Positions 35,060-44,458 of a stretch of 64,000 nt of DNA are shown here, piece after piece. Location: the NCBI GenBank assembly GCA_045613285.1, contig JAZLAQ010000026.1, forward strand, positions 10,556-74,555. Reading direction: 5' to 3'. Numbering within the stretch: the first letter of the stretch is position 1; the number at the start of each line of letters is the position of its first letter. The notes beneath the pieces are model-generated. The model had not been told where the DNA came from. It saw only the letters and a list, made by a program, of their open reading frames with translations, and searched no databases. The translations under genes and the position numbers were made by a program. The DNA comes from Alphaproteobacteria bacterium (GTDB lineage: Bacteria; Pseudomonadota; Alphaproteobacteria; CAAHEQ01; UBA3637).

Positions 35060-38000
35060 ATGCCAAAACAAATTATTAAAAATCGTTCATTTTTACCCTT
35101 GTGGTTTTCACAATTTTTATCTGTTATTAATGACGGTTTTATCCGAACGGTCTTTTTATTCTATGTGTCTTATCAAATGGTAAATGCCGGTAGTATGTTT
35201 TTGATCACTTCGGTTATCTTATATGCTTTATGCTTTTGTGGAGCTAGTTTATATGCTGGACAAATTGCAGATAAAATATCTCGTGTTCGCTTTTTGAAAT
35301 TGGTTCGTTTTGCCGAAATCGGTTTAATGTTGATGGCTTTATTGTTCGTCTTTTTGGATTCCAAATTCTTATTGATTCTGATTTGGGGATGTTTGGGGAT
35401 AACAATGGCTTGCCTGCGGGTTATTAATAACGCATTATTACCGACAATATTGGATAAAAATCATTTAAACTTCGGGAATATTTGGATGAAATCTTTATCT
35501 GTTGTTGGTGCCGGTTTCAGTACGGTGTTACTGATGTTCATTCTGAAATTTGATGCGGCAGCCGATATTATTTGTTTAGTTGCCGTTATTTCAGCCTGTA
35601 TTAGTTTTGTGGCTACATTGAAAATGAAAGCGGATAAACCAGCCGATGAGGAAGCAACATTTAGTTATAATCCCATTCCGGCATTTTATGAAGTCTTTCA
35701 ATCTTTAAAACACCAATTTGATAAATGGGCTTACTTGGTTGGTATAGCTTGGTTCTGGATTTTGGGTGGTCTGTTGTTATTTTTCTCTGCCGAGTACGGA
35801 CATTCTGTTTTAAATGCCCGTTGGTCTGTTGTTTCCTTTTTAAGTGCCGGTGTTTTTACAATTGGTTATGTTGTGGGGGCTTGTGTCTATGCAAAAGCAA
35901 CCCGAAAGGGAAACCTGTTTTCTTATACCGTTTGGGCCGGATTGGGAATTTCTGTAGTTTTGATTGACTTGATTTTAGCAGGTGGTTCTATCATGAAAAG
36001 TTCGGCAGTTAATGTAACCATTCACGATATGTTGGTTGGTGGTCTGGATTACTGGCGGGTTATCATTGATACTTTCTTGTTAGGAGGATTATCTGCTGTT
36101 TATATTATCCCATTCTATACAATGATACAAAAGACAACACCCAATCAAATATTGGGTCGGGTTATGGCTTTGAGCAGTGTTATTAATGCTATGGGTATTG
36201 TGGCAGCCTTTTTGATTGTCCTGTGTTTTTCGTTATTGTTTATTGATTTATTGAGTATTGTGTTACTGTTTGCTGTTGCCAATATTTTTGTAGCAATTTA
36301 TATGGTTCGATTGCTACCGATTGAAACCAGAAGACATGTTTTTCGGGTTGTTTTAAAAAAACTGTTTAAGGTTCGTATTGAAGGGTTGGAAAATCTGAAA
36401 AAAGTCGGTAAGAAAGCATTGATTGTCACAAATCATACTTCTTATTTGGATGTACTTTTGATTTCAGCTTTCATTGACCGTAAAATTGTTTTTGCCATTA
36501 ACAACAGGCTGATTGATAAAAGTTTTGTTAAATTTATGACAAATTTGGTTGATGTCCGTCCGATGGATCCGGTCAGTCCTTTTGCTGTGAAAGATATGGT
36601 GGAAGAACTGAATAAAGATCAATTGTGTATGATTTTTACAGAAGGTGTCATTGAAGGTGGTAATACCAATATGAAAATCTATGAAGGACCGGCAATGATG
36701 GCAGTAAAAAGTAATGCACCGATTGTGCCGATACAGATTACCGGTGCCGGTTATGCAATCTTTTCCCGTATTTTGGGTAAAAAAGCGGATTTCCGTTGGC
36801 TTCCTGAAATTTCATTGAAAGTTTTACCGCCGGTACAATTTGATAATTATCCAGAAGATATGCCGACGCGTGAAATTCGTGAGCGGTCCAGCTCTAAACT
36901 GTATGATATTATGTCCGACATGGTTTTTGATGCCAGTGAAAAACATAAACCGGTATTTGAAACTTTTATTCATAGTATGCGTATGGTTGGTCGGTTTAAA
37001 CCGATATTGGAAGATACTGCCCGTAAACCGGTCAAGTTTATGATGGTGTTTTTAAAGTCCTTTATTTTAGGAAAACTGATAAATCGTACTATTCCGGATG
37101 AAAAACGGGTTGGAGTTATGATACCGACATCCAATGCCTGTGCAATGGTCTTTTTAGGATTGCATGCTTATGGGAAAGTACCGGCAATGCTCAACTTTAC
37201 TTCCGGTCCGAAACAGGTTATCGCAACCTGTCAGACTATTGGGTTAAAGACAGTTGTAACGGCTAAAAAAGTTGTGGCTTTGGCTAAGTTAGAAAATTTG
37301 GTTGCTGCTTTGGAAGATGCCGGTATACGAATTGCTTATTTGGAAGATATGGCAACAACGTTGACCCTGAAAGATAAGTTGATAGGTATCTGGGAAGCTT
37401 TATTCCCATTGCGGGCTTACAAAAAGAATAGTGGTGGACAGGTTAAATCCGATGATCCGGCTGTTATTTTGTTCACATCCGGTTCGGAAGGTTTCCCAAA
37501 GGCGGTTTTCCTGTCGCACAATAATTTGATTTCGAATGCCTATCAGGTGCCGGCCCGTATTGATATCCTGCCGTCGGATATTTTCCTGAACGTGTTGCCG
37601 ATGTTCCATTCTTTTGGTTTGGTTGGTGGCTTTATTTTGCCGATATTGACAGGTGTTAAAACCGTTTTATATCCGACGCCACTTCATTATCGGGTTATTC
37701 CGCAATTGTGTGCATCGACAAAAGCAACCATTTTCTTTGGAACGGATACATTCTTGTCCGGTTATGCAAAATGTGCCAATCCATATGACTTTAACAGTTT
37801 GCGTTTGGTCGTTGTCGGGGCTGAAAAATTAAAAGAAGAAACCCGCAGAGTCTGGTCTGAAAAATTTGGTGTCCGTGTTCTGGAAGGATATGGGGCAACT
37901 GAATGTTCTCCGTTTATTTCGGTCAATACGTTCCTGCATCAGAAAAAAGGTTCTGTTGGTCGTGCTTTACCGCAAATTACTTGCGAATTGAAACCAGTTG

Positions 38001-38485
38001 AAGGTATTACGGAAGGGCGTGAGTTATGGGTAACCGGTCCAAATGTGATGAAAGGCTATATGCGATATGATAAGCCTATGGAATTGGATCCACCTAAAGA
38101 TAACTGGTATGATACAGGGGATATCGTTCATGTGGACGAAGACGGATATATCTTTATTAAAGGACGATGTAAGCGTTTTGCTAAAATTGGTGGAGAAATG
38201 GTTTCTTTATTGGCTGTGGAAGGTGTAATTACTAAAAAATGGCCTGACTATATTTCCGGTGCCGTCAATATTCCGGATGCTAAAAAGGGGGAACAAATTG
38301 TTCTGATTACAACCTGTAAGGATATTACAAGGGATGAAATGATTGCCGCCTTTAAAGCAGCCGGTATTACCGAATTGGGTATACCAAGTCGTGTTATCGT
38401 AACCGATACACCACCGATTTTGGGTACAGGTAAGTTTGACTATGTCTCGGCCAAAGAAATGGCATTGAAGGAAGTCAACGGATAA
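35060..38485 (+). CDS. aas: Fused lysophospholipid transporter LplT (MFS) plus bifunctional Aas (2-acyl-GPE acyltransferase / acyl-ACP synthetase)
   Basis: 1141 aa. About 12 N-terminal TMs are followed by the PlsC-type acyltransferase motif VTNHTSYLDVLL (HX4D) and an adenylate-forming domain (ILFTSGSEGFPKAVFLSHNN; GYGATECSP). Confidence 0.8.
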   Translation: MPKQIIKNRSFLPLWFSQFLSVINDGFIRTVFLFYVSYQMVNAGSMFLITSVILYALCFCGASLYAGQIADKISRVRFLKLVRFAEIGLMLMALLFVFLDSKFLLILIWGCLGITMACLRVINNALLPTILDKNHLNFGNIWMKSLSVVGAGFSTVLLMFILKFDAAADIICLVAVISACISFVATLKMKADKPADEEATFSYNPIPAFYEVFQSLKHQFDKWAYLVGIAWFWILGGLLLFFSAEYGHSVLNARWSVVSFLSAGVFTIGYVVGACVYAKATRKGNLFSYTVWAGLGISVVLIDLILAGGSIMKSSAVNVTIHDMLVGGLDYWRVIIDTFLLGGLSAVYIIPFYTMIQKTTPNQILGRVMALSSVINAMGIVAAFLIVLCFSLLFIDLLSIVLLFAVANIFVAIYMVRLLPIETRRHVFRVVLKKLFKVRIEGLENLKKVGKKALIVTNHTSYLDVLLISAFIDRKIVFAINNRLIDKSFVKFMTNLVDVRPMDPVSPFAVKDMVEELNKDQLCMIFTEGVIEGGNTNMKIYEGPAMMAVKSNAPIVPIQITGAGYAIFSRILGKKADFRWLPEISLKVLPPVQFDNYPEDMPTREIRERSSSKLYDIMSDMVFDASEKHKPVFETFIHSMRMVGRFKPILEDTARKPVKFMMVFLKSFILGKLINRTIPDEKRVGVMIPTSNACAMVFLGLHAYGKVPAMLNFTSGPKQVIATCQTIGLKTVVTAKKVVALAKLENLVAALEDAGIRIAYLEDMATTLTLKDKLIGIWEALFPLRAYKKNSGGQVKSDDPAVILFTSGSEGFPKAVFLSHNNLISNAYQVPARIDILPSDIFLNVLPMFHSFGLVGGFILPILTGVKTVLYPTPLHYRVIPQLCASTKATIFFGTDTFLSGYAKCANPYDFNSLRLVVVGAEKLKEETRRVWSEKFGVRVLEGYGATECSPFISVNTFLHQKKGSVGRALPQITCELKPVEGITEGRELWVTGPNVMKGYMRYDKPMELDPPKDNWYDTGDIVHVDEDGYIFIKGRCKRFAKIGGEMVSLLAVEGVITKKWPDYISGAVNIPDAKKGEQIVLITTCKDITRDEMIAAFKAAGITELGIPSRVIVTDTPPILGTGKFDYVSAKEMALKEVNG

Positions 38486-38546
38486 AAATAAAAATCCCTG
38501 TATTTTTTACGGGGATTTTTGTTATTATTTTTTAAAGAAAAAAAAG

Positions 38547-38575
38547 TTGCACAAAATGACAAAATATGGTAAAAT
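38547..38575 (+). promoter_or_regulatory. Sigma70-like promoter of pilin-like gene 2 (TTGCAC-17-TAAAAT)
   Basis: -35 at 38547-38552, a 17-nt spacer, -10 at 38570-38575. RBS AAGGGGGA lies before the ATG at 38615. Confidence 0.5.
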
Positions 38576-38614
38576 AAAAGAATAGTGAGAAGATATGAGA
38601 CATAAGGGGGATTT

Positions 38615-41185
38615 ATGATTAAAAGAATCATTCACAAATTCAAATCAGGTGAAGCCGGGCGGAGTATGGTAGAGATGCTGGCAGTTTTGGCGATAATAGG
38701 TGTATTGACGATAGGTGCGATGGCTGGTTATCGGTATTCGCTTGAAGTGATTATGGCGAACAATATTGTGAATGGTGTGACGGCACGGTCTGTTATAATC
38801 GGTCAACAACGCGTGTTGGGACGGCCGTTAAATTTGAAGGAATTTCATCCGAATAGCAGTAAGGACTTAATATACGACCGTTTCGAGGTGGAGGTATATG
38901 AAGATTATTATGAAGACGGGACGAACATACAGGCCTTGGAGGTAAGGGATATACCGCAGAATGTTTGTAAGCGGGTTGTAAAGACAGAGTTTCCGGATAT
39001 GGCGACGGTGGCAGTTAATGATGTTGTGGACGGAGAGTGTGATATACCGGACGGAGATAAGATATGTAGTAGTTTTACGTGTAGTGAAGAGTTTTTGTCC
39101 CGGGAATATCATAATACGGTCGCGTTTATTTTTGGTGAAGGTGGATACACAGGGTTTTGTGAGAAACGGACGGATTGTCCGTACCCGATATGTCAAAAAT
39201 GTCAGGAGGGTGTTTGTGTAGCCAATACCGACCAGGACGGAGAGCCTTGTTCAACGGCAGCTGGACTTTGCTGTATGGATGGTGTATGTATATCGGATGA
39301 AAGCTGTGGCTATGAACCATCGGACGGCGAAGAATCTTGTGGAGAGGTCAAGCATGGCGAACAATACAATGATTGCGGATTATGTGACAACGGAACGGTT
39401 ATCATGGGTGAAGAAATAACGGATCCGTGTGTTCAATGTGATTTGCATACAGATTATAAAAAGACGCCTCGTGCAGATGGAACAGGACAGTCTGACGGAA
39501 AATGTTGTGTTGGCGGAGAGTTGAAGTATGATGCAACACACTGTCCGGCGACATGTGAGGGGATGGGAACAGCCTGTCAAGTATGTGACGGCAATACCGG
39601 AAATTGGATTTTTAAAGACAACACAAAAACAAAAGTATGCGGAACAGAATGTTGCGGTAGTGAGGGATGTAACAGTCTTGGAACAGGATGTAAAAAGTCA
39701 TGTGAAGGAACAGGGAATGCCTGTCAAACATGCGATGATACAACGGGTGAATGGGTCTTAAATGATAGTGGTAAGACCAATGTCTGTGGAACAGAATGTT
39801 GCGGTAGTGAGGGATGTAACAGTCTTGGAACAGGATGTAAAAAGTCATGTGAAGGAACAGGAAACGCCTGTCAGGTATGTGACGGCAATACCGGAAATTG
39901 GGTTTTAAAAGACAATACAAAAACAAAAGTCTGTGGAACAGAATGTTGCGGTAGTGAGGGGTGTAATAGCCTTGGAACAGGATGTAAAAAGGCTTGTACA
40001 GGGACAGGTAATATCTGTCAGGTATGTGATGATACAACGGGTGAATGGAAAACTGTTGAGGACGGTTCTAATAAACAAGATGACGGCAGATGTTGTATTG
40101 ATGGTGCGCTTGCGTATGATGCAGAATTGTGTCCGGCAAAGGACTGTATTTTTGACGGAATAACCTATTACCATGGAGAGAGTATTCGTGCTTGTGGTAT
40201 ATGTGTTGATGGTGAAATTCAGGAAGACACATCCAAAACATCGGTGTGTAAATGTGATAAAACGACTTGGAGGGCAGACCATAGCATGACAGATCCTGCC
40301 ATCAGACGAGAAGACGGATCATGTTGTGTTGCTGGATATTTTCAACAACACTATGTCATATGTAAAACATGTACCGTAGATGGAAAAACTTATTTACATA
40401 ATGAAGATATTCCCCCCTGCAAATATTGTTTCGGAGGCCGAGTTTATAAGTATGATTCTAGAAGGCCCGACGGAACATGTTGTGTTGATGGTGAGGTAGT
40501 GCTTGATCCGGTTGAAATGACGTATTGGCCACAGTGTATGGCATGTACGTTCAACGGGTATGGCTATGAAAACGGTGCCAGTATTGGTACTTGCGGAAAA
40601 TGTGTTGATGGTGAAATTCAGGAAGATACATCCAAGGTATCGATGTGTCAAACATGTGATACAAGTACTTGGACGTTGACAAATGTAGCGAATGGCTCAA
40701 AACCACAGAGCGATGGCAGATGTTGTGTTGATGGAGAGTTAAAGTATGATGAAGCATGCCCTCCTGTTGGTGGGGATGGTGAAGAAGATAAGTGTCCAGA
40801 AAGTGCAACATTTGTTGGTGGTACCTGTTGTGTGGGACATCGCTATTGGTCTGATACTTATGATAAATGGATAGAATCTAGTGGCGTTGATGCGGTTTGC
40901 CGTTGTGTAGGAGAAGTAGGAAATGTTATTTATGATAGGGAGGCAGAATTCTGCTTTAAATGTTTTTCAACAGAGTATTCGGGTGCAGGCACCTGTCCTG
41001 TAGGAAAGTACATGATAGATTACGATGAATGCATAGCTGAAGATAAAATTGGACTTGTAAGAGAGTGTTGTGCTGTAGTTGGAGGAGAATTCTGTGAGCC
41101 GGCTGGTATATGTCTATTAAAAGATCATGTGTGTTGCGAAAATGGCTCTGTAGCCTTGAAATCAGTTGGATGCCCCTTACTTTGA
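38615..41185 (+). CDS. Giant type IV pilin-like protein with cysteine-rich repeat C-terminal domain (pilin-like adhesin candidate 2)
   Basis: Leader MIKRIIHKFKSGEAG, then G|RSMVEML with Glu at +5 and helix AVLAIIGVLTIGAMAGY. A pilin-like globular region follows, then ~650 aa with more than 100 Cys. These include 3.3 near-identical 147-bp tandem repeats (CEGTGNACQVCDGNTGNW..KVCGTECCGSEGCNSLGTGCKKS). Confidence 0.75.
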   Translation: MIKRIIHKFKSGEAGRSMVEMLAVLAIIGVLTIGAMAGYRYSLEVIMANNIVNGVTARSVIIGQQRVLGRPLNLKEFHPNSSKDLIYDRFEVEVYEDYYEDGTNIQALEVRDIPQNVCKRVVKTEFPDMATVAVNDVVDGECDIPDGDKICSSFTCSEEFLSREYHNTVAFIFGEGGYTGFCEKRTDCPYPICQKCQEGVCVANTDQDGEPCSTAAGLCCMDGVCISDESCGYEPSDGEESCGEVKHGEQYNDCGLCDNGTVIMGEEITDPCVQCDLHTDYKKTPRADGTGQSDGKCCVGGELKYDATHCPATCEGMGTACQVCDGNTGNWIFKDNTKTKVCGTECCGSEGCNSLGTGCKKSCEGTGNACQTCDDTTGEWVLNDSGKTNVCGTECCGSEGCNSLGTGCKKSCEGTGNACQVCDGNTGNWVLKDNTKTKVCGTECCGSEGCNSLGTGCKKACTGTGNICQVCDDTTGEWKTVEDGSNKQDDGRCCIDGALAYDAELCPAKDCIFDGITYYHGESIRACGICVDGEIQEDTSKTSVCKCDKTTWRADHSMTDPAIRREDGSCCVAGYFQQHYVICKTCTVDGKTYLHNEDIPPCKYCFGGRVYKYDSRRPDGTCCVDGEVVLDPVEMTYWPQCMACTFNGYGYENGASIGTCGKCVDGEIQEDTSKVSMCQTCDTSTWTLTNVANGSKPQSDGRCCVDGELKYDEACPPVGGDGEEDKCPESATFVGGTCCVGHRYWSDTYDKWIESSGVDAVCRCVGEVGNVIYDREAEFCFKCFSTEYSGAGTCPVGKYMIDYDECIAEDKIGLVRECCAVVGGEFCEPAGICLLKDHVCCENGSVALKSVGCPLL

Positions 41186-41199
41186 TTAAGTGATATTCC

Positions 41200-41630
41200 C
41201 GCACAGGTGTTAATAGATTACTTCGTCGCTTTGCTCCTCGTAATGACGGTTGAATCATCGTCATTGCGAACGTAGTGAAGCAATCTGTTGAGAGATTGCC
41301 ACGGGCTGATTCCCTTGCAATGACGGGAAATGTCAAGAGATTACTTCGTCGCTTTGCTCCTCGTAATGACGGTTGAATCATCGTCATTGCGAACGCAGTG
41401 AAGCAATCTGTTGAGAGATTGCCACGGGCTGATGTCCTCGCAATGACAGAAAATATCAAGAGATTACTTTGTCGCTCTGTTCCTCGTAATGACGGTTGAA
41501 TCATCGTCATTGCGAACGCAGTGAAGCAATCTGTTGAGAGATTGCCACGGGCTGATGCCCTTGCAATGACGGGAAATATCAAGAGATTACTTCGTCGCTT
41601 TGCTCCTCGTAATGACAGGAGAGGGGCGGG
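41200..41630. repeat. Array of 3.3 tandem copies of a 124-125-bp structured repeat immediately downstream of pilin-like gene 2
   Basis: The unit is agattacttcgtcgctttgctcctcgtaatgacggttgaatcatcgtcattgcgaacgcagtgaagcaatctgttgagagattgccacgggctgat.cccttgcaatgacgggaaat.tcaag, with copies starting near 41214, 41339, 41463 and 41587. It contains internal hairpins (gcaatct/agattgc and cgtaatgacg/cgtcattgcg). Its motifs are shared with the 21128-21540 array. Confidence 0.85.
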
Positions 41631-41861
41631 ATGACAGAGAAAAAAAGGAAGGGACAAAAGAAGAGATAGATCGAAAATAGCAGACGGGGGTAGATGATAT
41701 TTCAACTTGGATATCATCTTCCATACCTTACATTTATACTATCTTAAACGATATTTTTCCTTTTTAAATTGTTAGTGAGCAGATATAAATTACCGGTAGC
41801 TAAGATTTCTTGGGTACCGGTTTAAATAATTTATTGTATTTTATTTATTTTATTGATAGGT

Positions 41862-42215
41862 CTAAAGGTCTGTTCCCAGTTGTTCCCCGCCCAAAATATG
41901 AGCATGTAGGTGCGGGACTTCCTGACCGGAATCTTTACCTGTATTGAACACAATACGGTATCCGGTTTCGGCAACACCCAAAATTTCAGCAGTCTTTAAT
42001 ACAGCACGGGAATAACCGGCAATTTCGTCGTCTGTTGAATGATTGACAAAATCATTGTAATCAACAAACATTCCCTTGCAAATGACCAAAGCATGAATTT
42101 TGGCTTTGGGTTTGATGTCATAAAAAGCCAGTGCATAATCATCTTCATAAATCTTATTGCAAGGAATTTCTCCACGTAAGATTCGCGCAAAAATATTGTC
42201 CGCATTATATTCCAT
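41862..42215 (-). CDS. HIT family protein (HinT-like histidine triad hydrolase)
   Basis: Histidine triad HLHAHILGG. RBS GGAGAA is 5 nt before the ATG at 42215; the ORF upstream of that has no RBS. Confidence 0.8.
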   Translation of the reverse strand: MEYNADNIFARILRGEIPCNKIYEDDYALAFYDIKPKAKIHALVICKGMFVDYNDFVNHSTDDEIAGYSRAVLKTAEILGVAETGYRIVFNTGKDSGQEVPHLHAHILGGEQLGTDL

Positions 42216-42302
42216 AAATTTTCTCCATAAAAAAATGTTGCTCTTTTTAAATTCTTTTGCTAGAATATCAGGAAAAAATAAGGAGTGCAATAAAAAAATA
42301 AA

Positions 42303-43379
42303 ATGAAAATTAAAATTTTATGTTTTATCGGTGCGTTTTTTGGGTTTGTCGGTATGGTCAAAGCTGACTTGTATGACGTGCAGGGGGTTCCTGTATCGGC
42401 CGAGCTTGATTCGCCCAATGAAGCACGAGAAATGGCAATTGCTAACGGGCAGGTTGATGCTTTCTGGAAACTGATGCAAAAAATGATTTCTGAATCTGAT
42501 TTACAGTACGTCCCAATGATGGATTCGGAAAAAGTATTGAACTTGGTTCAAAATGTGTCTTTGTCCGATGAAAAAGCAACAGCAACTAAATATATGGCAA
42601 CTTTAGATGTACGGTTTAAGCCGACTGCCGTTCAGGATTTTTTATCACAAAACAGGATTCCTTTTTTAATACAGGATTTAACACCGACGGTTCTAATACC
42701 TATTTTTCAAAAGGATGGAGAAATATTCCTTTTGGATGATAATAATCCGGTCTATCAATTCTTGAAAGAAAGGGAATTGTCTGGTGCTGTTTGGGATGTT
42801 ATTGTGCCGACCGGTGATTTGGAAGAAATGATGCTTGCACGTCAAATTTGGACGGGTGGCGATATGTCGGCTTGGGATGTATTTGCCCGCAGGTATAATC
42901 GTAAACGGGTCGTTTTGATGACGGTTGTTCAGCGTGGCCCTTATGTGACAGTTAAGGTTTTAGGTCCCGCCGTTCAGGATATGCCGGCTGAACAGACATT
43001 TGATATAATGCTTCCTTTTGGTGATATTACGGCGGAAATGGACAATATTTGGAAACAGGTTGTTTCATTACAGGAAAATGCTTGGCGAATGGTTCAGACA
43101 AATGATTTTAGTACACCTCAAACTTTTTGGGTTAGTGTTCCCATTTCTGATTTATCCGAATGGGTTTTATTACAGGAAAAAATAAAACAAGCAGATTTCT
43201 TGTCCGGCTTTGATGTTCGTGGTTTTCAGCCTAACGATGTCCTGATAGTCTTGCAGTACAAGGGTGGTGGGGAACAGTTAAATGAAAAATTAAAAACGAT
43301 CGGATTGACTTTGACAGAACCAAAAAATGGTAATTTGTGGGAATTGTCAGTGTATGTTGCTGAAGAGGAAGGAGTCTAA
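42303..43379 (+). CDS. Conserved periplasmic hypothetical protein
   Basis: 358 aa. Signal peptide (FIGAFFGFVGMVKA). No motifs recognised. Confidence 0.45.
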   Translation: MKIKILCFIGAFFGFVGMVKADLYDVQGVPVSAELDSPNEAREMAIANGQVDAFWKLMQKMISESDLQYVPMMDSEKVLNLVQNVSLSDEKATATKYMATLDVRFKPTAVQDFLSQNRIPFLIQDLTPTVLIPIFQKDGEIFLLDDNNPVYQFLKERELSGAVWDVIVPTGDLEEMMLARQIWTGGDMSAWDVFARRYNRKRVVLMTVVQRGPYVTVKVLGPAVQDMPAEQTFDIMLPFGDITAEMDNIWKQVVSLQENAWRMVQTNDFSTPQTFWVSVPISDLSEWVLLQEKIKQADFLSGFDVRGFQPNDVLIVLQYKGGGEQLNEKLKTIGLTLTEPKNGNLWELSVYVAEEEGV

Positions 43380-43381
43380 GG

Positions 43382-44458
43382 ATGAAGTCTTATTTAACAA
43401 GAACAAATATCTTTTTATTGTTTGTTTGTTTATGTGTTATTTGTTTTATCGGTGCTGTTCAGGCGATTTTACTACCGTTTGTGTTATCTTTTATATTGGC
43501 ATATATTTTACATCCTTTGTCGGCAAAATTGGAAAAATGTCGTATTAGTCAAGGATTTTCCAGCCTGTTGGTGACTTTTGGTTTTTGCTGCTTGGTTGTA
43601 ATGGTTTTCTTAATCGTTGTGCCGATTTTACAGGCTCAAGTTGTTGATTTTATGCGTCGTATTCCGCAGTTTTCATCTTCTGTCTGGGATTATTTAAAGG
43701 GGGTTATTTCCTATACAAAAGAAAATATTACATCGGAACAAATGTCTGAATTATCTGTTGCTGTTCGGGATTCCGTCGTTAATGTTTTAATGGCGATTGG
43801 GGCCGGGCTCAGTCAGATTTTATCCAGCGGTATTGCTATCTTTAATGTATTGGCTTTGATTGTGATTACGCCGGTGGTATTGTTTTACATCCTTCGGGAT
43901 TGGGGAAAAATACAACGACAGGTTAAGAGCGTTATTCCAAAAGATAAAGAGGACCTAGTACAATCCGTCTGGAAAGAAATTAATAACACATTATCTGGAT
44001 TTATTCGAGGGCAGGCTATGGTTTGTCTGCTTTTAGGTATTTTTTACGGTATTGGCTTGTCGGCAGTTGGTTTAGATTTTGGTATGTTGGTTGGTTTATT
44101 GGCCGGTGTTTTGTCTTTTGTGCCATATTTTGGTTTTGGAACCGGATTGGTTTTAAGTGTGTTTTTGGCTTTAATGCAAAACTTTACCATGGGACAATGG
44201 GGGGGATTGGCTGCTATATTTATTGTTGGTCAGGTTTTGGAAAGTTATATTCTAACGCCTTATCTGGTTGGAGATAAAGTCGGTTTACATCCTGTTTGGG
44301 TTATTTTTGCTTTGTTGGCTGGTGGTGTATTAGCAGGGTTTATCGGTATTTTGATTGCCGTTCCGACTGCCGGTGTGATTGGTGTTTTGTTGCGTCGTTT
44401 CTTAAAATGGTACCGGACAACTGATTTTTATCTGGGGACAGGAAAGGTAAAAAAATGA
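43382..44458 (+). CDS. AI-2E family transporter (PerM/YhhT-like, UPF0118)
   Basis: 358 aa, about 8 TMs with a long cytoplasmic loop. The topology and Gly-rich C-terminal TMs are typical of UPF0118. Confidence 0.65.
   Translation: MKSYLTRTNIFLLFVCLCVICFIGAVQAILLPFVLSFILAYILHPLSAKLEKCRISQGFSSLLVTFGFCCLVVMVFLIVVPILQAQVVDFMRRIPQFSSSVWDYLKGVISYTKENITSEQMSELSVAVRDSVVNVLMAIGAGLSQILSSGIAIFNVLALIVITPVVLFYILRDWGKIQRQVKSVIPKDKEDLVQSVWKEINNTLSGFIRGQAMVCLLLGIFYGIGLSAVGLDFGMLVGLLAGVLSFVPYFGFGTGLVLSVFLALMQNFTMGQWGGLAAIFIVGQVLESYILTPYLVGDKVGLHPVWVIFALLAGGVLAGFIGILIAVPTAGVIGVLLRRFLKWYRTTDFYLGTGKVKK

Noticed and set aside
40956-41717. 253-aa minus-strand ORF with the repeating peptide SLRGAKRRSNLL...DCFTAFAMT
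   Set aside because: It lies entirely within the 125-bp tandem DNA repeat array and overlaps the 3' end of pilin-like gene 2. Its periodic protein sequence is just the translated repeat, so I call it a repeat and not a CDS. The same applies to ORF 21128..21409.
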